From contig CAZPWM010000003.1 in NCBI GenBank assembly GCA_964590575.1, positions 1-64,000 of the forward strand: a DNA stretch of 64,000 bases, read 5' to 3'. Below the pieces are notes generated by a model. It did no database searches and had not been told where the DNA came from. It worked only from the letters and a program-made list of their open reading frames with translations. How positions within the stretch are numbered: position 1 is the first letter of the stretch; each line of letters opens with the position of its first letter. Of this stretch, positions 28,661-37,465 are shown one piece after another. This DNA comes from an uncultured archaeon (GTDB lineage Archaea > Asgardarchaeota > Thorarchaeia > Thorarchaeales > Thorarchaeaceae). A program made the position numbers and the translations under genes.

Positions 28661-29506
28661 CTATATTCCACCTCGAATTCTCTCTAAACTATCGATAGTT
28701 CCAATTGGGACAGTAACACTTCCTAACTCGGTCCAGTTGACTGTTCCGTGATAATCACTTCCACCTGTGTGAATGATATTCATATCCTGAATGACCTCTC
28801 TCACTTCGTCACACGTGCGATGTAATCCCATGAAGGTATAGTCATATTCCACTTCAATACCCATAAGACCTACGTTAGTGAGGATTTCTATGAACGAACG
28901 AAGATTATCAACTTTGATAGTGAGAGGGTGTGCCAAGACAGGAACTGCCCGAACTGATCTTAGGAGCTTCACAGCCTCGAGTGTTTGCATTCGTTCTTTT
29001 TTCACATATGCTGGTCTATCAGCAGCCAAGTACTTCTGAAACGCCTCTAATGTTGTCTTAACGACCCCCTTCTCGACCAATAATTGTGCAACATGAGGTC
29101 GTCCAGGACTAGATACTCCTTCGAGCCTCTCATAGAGTTCCTCCATTGTAACGTCGACTCCCAGATCGTTTAATTTCTTGATCATCTTTGGAAGTCGTTC
29201 ATGCCTTGACTTTCTCAGATATGCCAAGTTGTCATTGAGAGGTTTAGAATCGAGGGGTGCAAAGTACCCGAGTATATGGACCTCCTTATTTTCATACTCG
29301 GTGCTTATCTCAAGTCCAGGAACTCGAACTAACTCATCAGATACGTTGGCTCCCATGAACTCTTGTATCCCCGCTAGTGAATCATGGTCGGTAAGTGCTA
29401 TACCGCCAAGTTTCATTGCATCTGCTTTTTTCGCAAGAGCACTGGGAGTATCAGTGCCATCTGAAAATGAAGAATGAGTGTGCAAGTCAGCACGGGCTCT
29501 CACCAT
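28661..29506 (-). CDS. PHP-domain phosphoesterase (TrpH/YciV type)
   Basis: DLHTHS..SDG, ALTDHD, GLEIS, HILGY, GRPH.A, LAHP, GGSDYHG. Confidence 0.92.
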   Translation of the reverse strand: MVRARADLHTHSSFSDGTDTPSALAKKADAMKLGGIALTDHDSLAGIQEFMGANVSDELVRVPGLEISTEYENKEVHILGYFAPLDSKPLNDNLAYLRKSRHERLPKMIKKLNDLGVDVTMEELYERLEGVSSPGRPHVAQLLVEKGVVKTTLEAFQKYLAADRPAYVKKERMQTLEAVKLLRSVRAVPVLAHPLTIKVDNLRSFIEILTNVGLMGIEVEYDYTFMGLHRTCDEVREVIQDMNIIHTGGSDYHGTVNWTELGSVTVPIGTIDSLERIRGGI

Positions 29507-29903
29507 GTGCCGCCTCCTTCCGAAGTGTTTCTACAAGTTTTCGAACCTTATGACATACCTTCCGTATCTCCTCACGAGTCATGGTTTCTCCAGATGGACA
29601 GTCTCTATCGATTATGCATTTCTTCCTTCTTGCATCATAGATTATTGGATAGTACCGACAGCCCTCTGGCCTATTCTCATAGATACGACATATCTTCGTT
29701 TCTGGATTGTAGAAGAAGCAGTTTCCCTCCACATTCCTTAGTTCGCAGAAACCTGCCATTACTCGCACAAGGAAATCTTTCCTATCATACCCCAAGGCTT
29801 CAATCTTCTTTACATCCTCTCGGGTCAAGGTCATCTCTGTTTCAGTACAACACAGACGAATATCTTCACATGATCCATCATGGTTGCAAACGAATGGGGT
29901 CAC
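29487..29903 (-). CDS. YkgJ/UPF0153 cysteine-cluster protein
   Basis: C...C....CC, C.FY....C.IYENRP.GCRYYP. Confidence 0.85.
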   Translation of the reverse strand: MTPFVCNHDGSCEDIRLCCTETEMTLTREDVKKIEALGYDRKDFLVRVMAGFCELRNVEGNCFFYNPETKICRIYENRPEGCRYYPIIYDARRKKCIIDRDCPSGETMTREEIRKVCHKVRKLVETLRKEAAHGESPC

Positions 29904-29925
29904 CGCGTTGTGTACTCCTAATATA

Positions 29926-29997
29926 TCGGTCAGATTGCGGTTTAGTGTTCATCACGCTGATGAGGTCGCTCACTTCCCTACTTCATCATCATCCCGA
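29926..29997 (-). ncRNA. Box C/D methylation-guide sRNA
   Basis: Minus strand reads tcgg-g-ATGATGA-tgaagtagggaa-GTGA-gcgacctcatcagc-GTGATGA-acactaaaccgcaat-CTGA-ccga: C, D', C', D boxes plus a 4-bp terminal stem. Confidence 0.85.
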
Positions 29998-30022
29998 CAA
30001 GAAAGAAGTAACCGGCTCAAGG

Positions 30023-30037
30023 CTAAATATGCTTTCC
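30023..30037 (-). promoter_or_regulatory. BRE/TATA-like promoter for the sRNA and downstream operon
   Basis: Minus strand gaaagc-atatttag about 26 nt upstream of the sRNA 5' end. Confidence 0.45.
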
Positions 30038-30047
30038 AAAGGGGTCA

Positions 30048-30668
30048 TCATTCACTTTTCTTCTTCAATCTACTTGCTATCAACCACGTTATGAGAGATA
30101 GCTCAGCAAAGATCGCTGCCAGAGTGACGCCGGTCTGTTTGATTTCAACTGCATAGAGACCTGCATAATCAACACCAGAAAGTGTGATCTCCCTTGTAAC
30201 AATCCAAAAATCTATGCCTTCTGTTCCCAAAGTTGAAAAACGACTCTGGACAAGCAAGCTTGTTTCCTTGTCATAATAAACAGTAGTTTCTTCATCTATC
30301 TCGCAGACCCAACAATCATACCCTCGCCATGTGGTTTCATTGGTTACAATTGCTGTGTGGTTTCCAATGTTGACACTCGCAGAGAGGTGCCATGAGCTAA
30401 CATCCAACCTTATTGGATATCCCCTGTAGTACTGATTATCTAAAACCTGGAGTATATTGACTCGAGATACAATGCAAGAAACGGATTCAAATTTATCTTC
30501 ACTATTCCACCCTGATATGCTTGTATAGGTGGCTTCGTGATACTGGTAGTTGAGTGAAATATTCCTCAATCTATCATCATTTGGCAAATCTAGAAAAATG
30601 ACAAGCATACTGGCAGAACACATTAACAATAAGCCCACAGCAAGCCAAATAGATCTGGTCGAAATCAT
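30048..30668 (-). CDS. Hypothetical membrane-anchored extracellular protein
   Basis: N- and C-terminal hydrophobic helices, several N-x-S/T sequons. Confidence 0.7.
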   Translation of the reverse strand: MISTRSIWLAVGLLLMCSASMLVIFLDLPNDDRLRNISLNYQYHEATYTSISGWNSEDKFESVSCIVSRVNILQVLDNQYYRGYPIRLDVSSWHLSASVNIGNHTAIVTNETTWRGYDCWVCEIDEETTVYYDKETSLLVQSRFSTLGTEGIDFWIVTREITLSGVDYAGLYAVEIKQTGVTLAAIFAELSLITWLIASRLKKKSE

Positions 30669-30719
30669 CCATCCCCTGATTGCCTTTCCCTGTGAGGCTA
30701 TAAATTTGATGAGTGAAAA

Positions 30720-30968
30720 TTAGAGGTTTCTTCGTGCAAGTCGCCGTGACGGTGAGAGATTCTTTTTCATATCCTCGACATCAGTTCCCTCAGGTAAGTT
30801 CTGAAGAGTGAGTTTCTTTCCAGTGATTCGATAATATGCGTTAGCGCGAATTGCATAAATATAGGCCATTAAGTCATTAGGCTGTGTTGTGGCACCAAGA
30901 AGTAGCGCACGTCGTCTTCCAAACACATCAAGAAGTTTATCTAATATCTTCATATCAGTTCGTTCCAA
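30720..30968 (-). CDS. Hypothetical basic protein
   Basis: 82-aa ORF filling the gap, divergent from ABCE1; no family recognised. Confidence 0.55.
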   Translation of the reverse strand: MERTDMKILDKLLDVFGRRRALLLGATTQPNDLMAYIYAIRANAYYRITGKKLTLQNLPEGTDVEDMKKNLSPSRRLARRNL

Positions 30969-31085
30969 GAATGGTTTCTCGGGATTGCAGAAAAGGATTG
31001 TTATCTAGTCAATCGCACCCAGCCAAAGTGCTAAATACTCCCCCAAGCATCCTCGCGCAGCCCTCAACAGGTGTTGACATTTCCC

Positions 31086-32906
31086 ATGCGTATCGCGATT
31101 GTTGACAAGTACCGATGTAGACCAAAGGATTGTACTCATGAATGCCAAAGATTCTGTCCACGGGTCAGGACAGGTGACGAGACCGTTGTTTTTCCAGACG
31201 GCCCCGATAAGCCGCCCGTTATAGTGGAATCTCTGTGTTCTGGCGAGGCAATCTGCGTCAAGAAATGTCCGTACAATGTCATTCGAATTGTAAACCTGCC
31301 TGAGGAACTAGAGAGCGAGACTAGCCATCGTTATAGCGTCAATGGATTCAAACTGTTCAGACTTCCAATCCCTAAAGAGGGTCAGGTACTTGGTCTCATC
31401 GGCCCAAATGGTGTAGGCAAAACCACTGCTGTGAGGATACTTGCAGGCGAGCTGACTCCTAACATGGGGCGTATTGATAACCCTCCTGACTGGAATGAGA
31501 TTATCACCGCGTATCGTGGTTCTGAACTCCAACCATTCTTCGAGAAGATACAGACTGGCTCACTGGTGCCCATTCTGAAGCCCCAAAACATCACAGATCT
31601 GCCTAAGGTTAAAGAACTAGCCGACCGACCAATAAGCGATCTTTTAGAATCCTCTGACTCATCAGGTAGACTAAAAGATCTCAAGGATGATATGAACCTC
31701 ACCGAGATCTGGGACCGACCAATCAAGTTTCTGAGCGGTGGGGAGCTTCAACGAGTCGCTGTCACAGCTGCAATCGTCCGGGAGGGTGAAATATACTTCT
31801 TTGATGAACCCACTGCTTACCTGGATGTCCGGGAACGCCTTCGGATGGCTCGAGCCATTCGTAAACTGTCTTCTCTAGGTAAAACCATTATTGTTGTTGA
31901 GCATGACCTTTCCATTCTGGACTATGTTTCTGATCTAGTCTGTATGTTTTATGGAAACCCTGGTGTCTATGGGATTATATCACACCCTCATGGGACACGA
32001 GTCGGTGTGAACATCTTCCTTGATGGTTTCATCCCTGATGAAAATATGAGGTTCCGTGATACATCAATCTCGTTCAAGGGGATGAGCGCTGATGACGAGG
32101 AATATCTGTCAAAAGAGGCCATGGTCGAGTACGGTGATATGAAGAAGAGCTTTGAGGACTTCACACTTGAGATAAAGGGCGGACGAGTTTCAAAGGGTCA
32201 GATTGTTGGGATACTAGGCGCGAACGGCATAGGTAAGACAACCTTTGTTCGAATGCTTGCTGGAGAGCTGGAACCTGATGAAGGTGAGGTTCCTACTAAA
32301 ACAGTTACAGGTATGGACCTTAGAATCAGTTACAAACCACAATACATTCCCTCAGACTTCGAGGGAAACCTTAGAATGTATCTTCGCTCTGCTGGAGGTA
32401 GCACTGCTGATTCCGCAGACTTCAAAACCTCCGTGATAAAGAAACTCGAACTTGAGCATCTCCTGGACCATAATATACCGGACCTCAGTGGAGGAGAGTT
32501 ACAGAGGGCGGCTATTGCTGCGTGTCTTGCACGAGAGGCTGACATCTATCTCTTCGACGAACCCTCGGCGTTTCTAGACATCGAACAAAGGCTTGCCAGT
32601 TCTCGTGCAATACGTAGAATGGTCAGGACCAGCATGAAGACTGCCTTCATAGTTGAGCACTCTATCCTAATGGCCGACTATCTCAGTGATAGTCTTGTAG
32701 TTTTTGGAGGCGTTCCTGGGAAGTCTGGGTTTGCATCATCCGTCAGAACTCTTCGAAGTGGTATGAACATGTTCCTGAAGGAGATGGGCGTAACCTTCAG
32801 AAGAGACCCTCAGACTGGACGACCAAGGGTCAACAAGGATGGTTCTCAGCTAGACTCGCAGCAGAAAGCATCAGGTGAGTATTATTACGTTGGAAAGGGC
32901 GATTAA
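31086..32906 (+). CDS. rli1: Ribosome recycling ATPase ABCE1/Rli1
   Basis: RIAIVD..RC.P..C..EC.RFCP Fe-S domain, two NBDs (GPNGVGKTT, GANGIGKTT, LSGGELQR twice), FRRDP..GRPRVNK. Confidence 0.97.
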   Translation: MRIAIVDKYRCRPKDCTHECQRFCPRVRTGDETVVFPDGPDKPPVIVESLCSGEAICVKKCPYNVIRIVNLPEELESETSHRYSVNGFKLFRLPIPKEGQVLGLIGPNGVGKTTAVRILAGELTPNMGRIDNPPDWNEIITAYRGSELQPFFEKIQTGSLVPILKPQNITDLPKVKELADRPISDLLESSDSSGRLKDLKDDMNLTEIWDRPIKFLSGGELQRVAVTAAIVREGEIYFFDEPTAYLDVRERLRMARAIRKLSSLGKTIIVVEHDLSILDYVSDLVCMFYGNPGVYGIISHPHGTRVGVNIFLDGFIPDENMRFRDTSISFKGMSADDEEYLSKEAMVEYGDMKKSFEDFTLEIKGGRVSKGQIVGILGANGIGKTTFVRMLAGELEPDEGEVPTKTVTGMDLRISYKPQYIPSDFEGNLRMYLRSAGGSTADSADFKTSVIKKLELEHLLDHNIPDLSGGELQRAAIAACLAREADIYLFDEPSAFLDIEQRLASSRAIRRMVRTSMKTAFIVEHSILMADYLSDSLVVFGGVPGKSGFASSVRTLRSGMNMFLKEMGVTFRRDPQTGRPRVNKDGSQLDSQQKASGEYYYVGKGD

Positions 32907-33134
32907 GGTTCTAATTCTTGATTGTCTTGTACAATCGTGATTTTGCAGTTGTCACATCTTTTTTGCTTTCAGATACTCCCAATTAGCAAAACTTCGAGCG
33001 AGTCTAATATTCCCTCCGCCAGTCCTAATCAGAAGTCTTGGAGACTTCTTAGTCCACCAACTCACGTTATTTCCAGCAAGAAATCCACTTTCCATCAGTG
33101 ATCTACAATATGGACACGTACTACCAACCATCAT
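32903..33134 (-). pseudogene. Frameshifted zinc-ribbon protein (DUF6487/PF20097-like)
   Basis: CPYC..LMESGFL start; the second knuckle AKRCDNCKITIV lies in the +1 frame after an A6 run (32959-32964). Confidence 0.7.
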
Positions 33135-33952
33135 AGCCTACGGCTCCAGTATTTCTTTCCTGCCTTCTCCTTATCCATTTCAGAAAGTATCTTTACAGCT
33201 TCGTTCCCACACTTGATGACATCTAACTCCCCCTTCACTGCAAATTCATCATGTACCCTGTTTGCATATACCGCGCATGCTGCACCAGTTCTGAATCCAT
33301 AGATATTCCCCAGTGTGAAGAGTGTCGCAGCCTCCATCTCAAAATTGGTCACATTGGCTTTAGTGAGGTCTCTGATTAGGGTGTCACTCATGCTCTGGGT
33401 ATAACCACCGAAACCAGGACGTGACTGTCCGAGGTAGAATGAGTCCGTTGAAGCGGAGATTCCTAGATGATACTTTACTCCGAGAGTCTCTGCAGCCTCA
33501 ACAAATGCTAGTACAACTTCATAGGACGCTGAAGCAGGATACTCAGGTCTAACATACTGCTTACTAGTACCATCTAATCGGACTGCTGCAGTAGAGATGA
33601 TGATATCCCCAATATCGATATGTTCTTTCAGCGTTGCACACGAGCCAACACGTAGAAAGGTATCTGCTCCAACATTTGCTAGTTCCTCAATCACAATGGC
33701 TGTACCCGGTCCCCCTATCCCCGTGGAACATGCGGAAATATCTGCACCCTTGTATTTTCCGGTGTGTGTGACAAATTGCCTATGCAAAGCAACCTCTTTT
33801 GACTCATCCCAGAGCGAACTGATTCGCTCCACTCTCTGAGGGTCTCCAGGTATCAGCACAGATTTAGCTACATCACCTTTCTTTACTTCAAGATGATACT
33901 GTTCTCTATCTTCGGTAACCGGTCTGGTAGCAGAGATCTTCTTGTCAGTCAT
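33131..33952 (-). CDS. udp: Uridine phosphorylase
   Basis: QYHL, PGDPQR, STGIGGP, RVGSC, DSFYLGQ.R, NFEME; start set at MTDKK. Confidence 0.92.
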   Translation of the reverse strand: MTDKKISATRPVTEDREQYHLEVKKGDVAKSVLIPGDPQRVERISSLWDESKEVALHRQFVTHTGKYKGADISACSTGIGGPGTAIVIEELANVGADTFLRVGSCATLKEHIDIGDIIISTAAVRLDGTSKQYVRPEYPASASYEVVLAFVEAAETLGVKYHLGISASTDSFYLGQSRPGFGGYTQSMSDTLIRDLTKANVTNFEMEAATLFTLGNIYGFRTGAACAVYANRVHDEFAVKGELDVIKCGNEAVKILSEMDKEKAGKKYWSRRL

Positions 33953-34062
33953 GAGAATACACATGTATACCACATAAACACAGAGATTTGTTACTTTCGC
34001 ATCACTCGCTAAGCATATAGGGGAAGTCATCTTCTACTGACAACTGTTCGAGGTCAATTAAC

Positions 34063-34950
34063 ATGGCAAATCTTGACGATTTACACCATTTAAATCTGGG
34101 AAAACGGACACGACTTCATCGAATGATGTATGAACATGGTCCTGGAAATGGAACACTCTTGATACTCCCTATTGATCAGGGAATGGAGCACGGTCCTGTT
34201 GATTTCTTCACTGATCATGACTGTCTGAATCCAGAATATCAGTTTAAACTTGCAGTGGAGGGAGGATACTCAGGTATCGCCTTACATCTAGGGCTTGCTG
34301 AGAAATACGGTCCAAAATTTGCTGGTAAGATTCCTATTGTGCTGAAGATTAATGGAAAGACACGTATTCCCAGTGGAAATGAACCTATTTCAGCCATGAC
34401 CGGATCGGTCGAGGATGCAGTCCGAATTGGTGCAGACGCAGTTGGATATACCCTCTATGTTGGGAGTCCCAAACAGCACGCAGACTTTACCCAGTTTAGA
34501 AAGGTAAAGGAGGATGCTGAACGATATGGAATACCAATCATCGTCTGGGCATATCCAAGAGGAGATGCTGTTGAGTCGAAAGGCGGCCGTGACTCTCTAT
34601 ATGCCATAGATTATGCGGCGAGGGTTGCTGATGAACTTGGAGCAGATGTTGTCAAGCTGAATGTACCTTTGACAAGCACAAAGAGTAGGTCTATGCAACC
34701 ACCGCCTTATGACACACTCAATCTCAGTACTGAGGAAATAGTAGCAAAGGTAGTAAAGTCTGCAGGTAAAGCACTAGTCATATTTTCTGGTGGAGGAATG
34801 GCTACTGATGAAGAAGTCATCCAACGTGCAAAGATATGCATGGAACAAGGGGCTACTGGCTTGATCTTTGGACGAAACCTCTGGCAAAGAGATTGGGATG
34901 ATGCCCTGAGAATGACGAAGACATTGAAAGATGTCATATTGAAGGTCTAA
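34063..34950 (+). CDS. fba: Archaeal class I fructose-bisphosphate aldolase (DhnA family)
   Basis: LPIDQGMEHGP, IVWAYPRG, ELGADVVK (Schiff-base Lys), FSGG, IFGRNLWQ. Confidence 0.9.
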   Translation: MANLDDLHHLNLGKRTRLHRMMYEHGPGNGTLLILPIDQGMEHGPVDFFTDHDCLNPEYQFKLAVEGGYSGIALHLGLAEKYGPKFAGKIPIVLKINGKTRIPSGNEPISAMTGSVEDAVRIGADAVGYTLYVGSPKQHADFTQFRKVKEDAERYGIPIIVWAYPRGDAVESKGGRDSLYAIDYAARVADELGADVVKLNVPLTSTKSRSMQPPPYDTLNLSTEEIVAKVVKSAGKALVIFSGGGMATDEEVIQRAKICMEQGATGLIFGRNLWQRDWDDALRMTKTLKDVILKV

Positions 34951-35082
34951 GATGCAAGTGATTCCCATTTCATACACGTTTCACTAAATGAGAACTATTA
35001 TATGTGTAAAGAATAGATGAAGGACTCAGAGAGTTCCGGTCTTGGAGCTCAAACTATCATCAAGAGAAGGAGAAAGTTTCCG

Positions 35083-36231
35083 ATGGTTGAAACTACCATT
35101 AGTGTAATCAAAGCAGACATTGGTTCATTAGCTGGCCACATCATTGTACCCGACTTCCTCTTCGAGCTGGCGAGGAAGGAGTTGAAAGAAGGAGTCAATA
35201 AGAAAATAATCAATGACTTTTTCGTTTCTAATGCTGGCGATGACCTCGAATTAATCATGACTCACAACAAAGGTGAGGGTGCTGAGGATGTTCACAAGCT
35301 TGCATGGGACACTTTCATGAAGGGTACTGAGCTTGCACGTGAAAAGAAAATCTATGCCGCTGGCCAAGATATGCTAGCAGATACTTTCAGTGGCAACGTT
35401 AAGGGTATGGGTCCAGGCTCCGCTGAGATGGTGATTGAAGAGCGTAGGTCTGAACCTATTGCTATATTCATGGCGGATAAGACAGAGCCCGGTGCTTTCA
35501 ATCTCCCTCTATACAAGATTTATGCTGACCCCTTCAATACAGCCGGTCTTGTCATTGATCCTAATCTTCACGATGGTTTCAGATTCATCATTCAGGATAT
35601 AATGAAACAAGTACCTTGTTTCGTTGATATGAAGACTCCTGAAGAGTCATACGATGTCCTTGCACTCCTTGGAAGCACAGGTCGTTATACAATAAAGAAA
35701 GTCTACCGTGCAGATGGAATGATTACTGCATCAGTCAGTACTGACAAGCTTCACGCGATTGCTGGTAAGTATGTTGGCAAAGATGACCCTGTAGCCATTG
35801 TCAGGACTCACTCTGGCCTACCTGCTATGGGTGAAGTACTAGAAGCTTTCACCCTGCCACACTTGGTTTCAGGTTGGATGCGTGGTTCTCATACTGGTCC
35901 ACTTCTCCCAGTAGGGCTTAAAGATTCACGATGTACACGATTTGATGGTCCACCACGTGTTGTTGCCCTCGGATTCCAAGTATCAAATGGCATGCTTGTT
36001 GGTCCTGTCGATCTGTTCGACGACGTAGCATTCGATATCACCCGTCAGAGAGGCATGGAAATCGCTGACTATCTTCGACGAATTGGACCATTCCAACCAC
36101 ACCGTCTTGGTGAACACGAGATGGAGTACACGACTTTGCCTAAGGTTCTGGCTCGATGTGAAACTCGATTCTCAGAAAAAGAGATTGTACCAAAGGGTAA
36201 AGCCAAGGACACCTCAGGCTCAGCTGAATAA
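35083..36231 (+). CDS. fbp: Fructose-1,6-bisphosphate aldolase/phosphatase (FBPase class V)
   Basis: SVIKADIGS..GH, GDD, DKTEPGAFN, YVGKDDP, GWMRGSH.GPL, RFDGPPR. Confidence 0.96.
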   Translation: MVETTISVIKADIGSLAGHIIVPDFLFELARKELKEGVNKKIINDFFVSNAGDDLELIMTHNKGEGAEDVHKLAWDTFMKGTELAREKKIYAAGQDMLADTFSGNVKGMGPGSAEMVIEERRSEPIAIFMADKTEPGAFNLPLYKIYADPFNTAGLVIDPNLHDGFRFIIQDIMKQVPCFVDMKTPEESYDVLALLGSTGRYTIKKVYRADGMITASVSTDKLHAIAGKYVGKDDPVAIVRTHSGLPAMGEVLEAFTLPHLVSGWMRGSHTGPLLPVGLKDSRCTRFDGPPRVVALGFQVSNGMLVGPVDLFDDVAFDITRQRGMEIADYLRRIGPFQPHRLGEHEMEYTTLPKVLARCETRFSEKEIVPKGKAKDTSGSAE

Positions 36232-36233
36232 TT

Positions 36234-36258
36234 GAGAGTGGGACCTTGAGCCCCTCTC
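36234..36258 (+). terminator. Hairpin just after the fbp stop
   Basis: gagag(t)ggg...cccctctc. Confidence 0.4.
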
Positions 36259-36529
36259 TATCATTCTATTAGAAAAACAGATGGCTGATTAGTCAGTTCG
36301 TTTAATGATGGATACTCTACAGAATTGTCTATCTACATAAGTATAACCCGCAATTCATAGGTTTAGAATCAAATAGAACGCATTCAAATAAGGTTATCAA
36401 TTGAATCTTCAATTGAAAATAGAGCATCTTTTGCTCCTGGGGAATTTCTGAGATTGTGGACTGCCTTGTATACACACATGATAGAAAATTTATAGGACCA
36501 GATCATGCTGAAAGGTGTGAATTGTAATC

Positions 36530-36940
36530 TTGAAAATATCAAATAAAATGAACAATGCACTTGGATTTCTTGTAGTCATAATTGCACTTGCAATTCAAGG
36601 TTGGATGACTATCTTCCAAATACCTGTAAGTATCAATGATGTAGGTTATATCTGGTATTCTGCTAGCTTGATTCTACTTTTCCCTGGGAGTGTCCTCCTT
36701 GCCACTACGAACATTATTCGGTTATTCGAGATCTATCACAGAATAAACTATGTAGTAGCCTTGATTGGTCTTATAGGAGCGAGTACGCTGTTAGTTTTCA
36801 GGGGGTTTTTTGCGAGTTTCCTATTTCCATACGTGTTAATTATATATTTCCTGATTCTTGATTTGTTTTGGATTTTCATGCTTGGATTGCTCTTCGGTCG
36901 ATTCAAAACAGTAGCAAACAAAGCAATAACTGCAAACTAA
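36530..36940 (+). CDS. Hypothetical four-helix membrane protein (AT-rich)
   Basis: Four hydrophobic segments; AAGGTGTGA upstream of the TTG. Confidence 0.7.
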   Translation: MKISNKMNNALGFLVVIIALAIQGWMTIFQIPVSINDVGYIWYSASLILLFPGSVLLATTNIIRLFEIYHRINYVVALIGLIGASTLLVFRGFFASFLFPYVLIIYFLILDLFWIFMLGLLFGRFKTVANKAITAN

Positions 36941-37052
36941 GGGTTAATTCTCTCGGTTTCTTTTCTACTAGGCATAATATCTCATTAATTCAAAATATGG
37001 GAACTTCATAATGTGTGTAAGCACGTTTCTTTGACGTGGTAGGCTTCGAGTC

Positions 37053-37343
37053 TTATCCCGTTCTTTTAATGATGTGATAGCCGAATTTGGTCTTAACAGG
37101 GTCTCTCGTCATTGCTCCAACAGTAAGTCCAAATGCAGCCTTTTCGAATTCAGGCACCATCTGACCTTTTGCGAACCAACCGAGGTCGCCGCCCTTCTTC
37201 TTGGATGGACAAGAGCTATGTCGTTTCGCTACAGTTCCAAAATCTTCACCTTCAGCAATCTTGCTTATCAATGCAAGTGCCTGACTGTGCTTATCGACCA
37301 AAATATGGCTTGCACGGACCTGACCGGGTTTTCCTTTTGCCAT
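37053..37343 (-). CDS. ppiC: Parvulin-type peptidyl-prolyl isomerase
   Basis: VRASHILV, SSCPS..KGGDLGWF..GQMVPEFE.AAF, VKTKFGYHII. Confidence 0.95.
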   Translation of the reverse strand: MAKGKPGQVRASHILVDKHSQALALISKIAEGEDFGTVAKRHSSCPSKKKGGDLGWFAKGQMVPEFEKAAFGLTVGAMTRDPVKTKFGYHIIKRTG

Positions 37344-37465
37344 GAAAATCACCAAGAATCTGGGTTTGCTACTAGGGTTGTAGTCTTAAACTTGTCCAAA
37401 GGTTACCTACGCGCGGTTTTATGTCGAATCCTGAGATTACTGCTATGCTTGTAGGTTGATGTTGC

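Noticed and set aside
35022-35066. Minus-strand TTGATGA...CTGA as a C/D element
   Set aside because: Only one box pair, antisense to the fbp leader, with no second guide unit.
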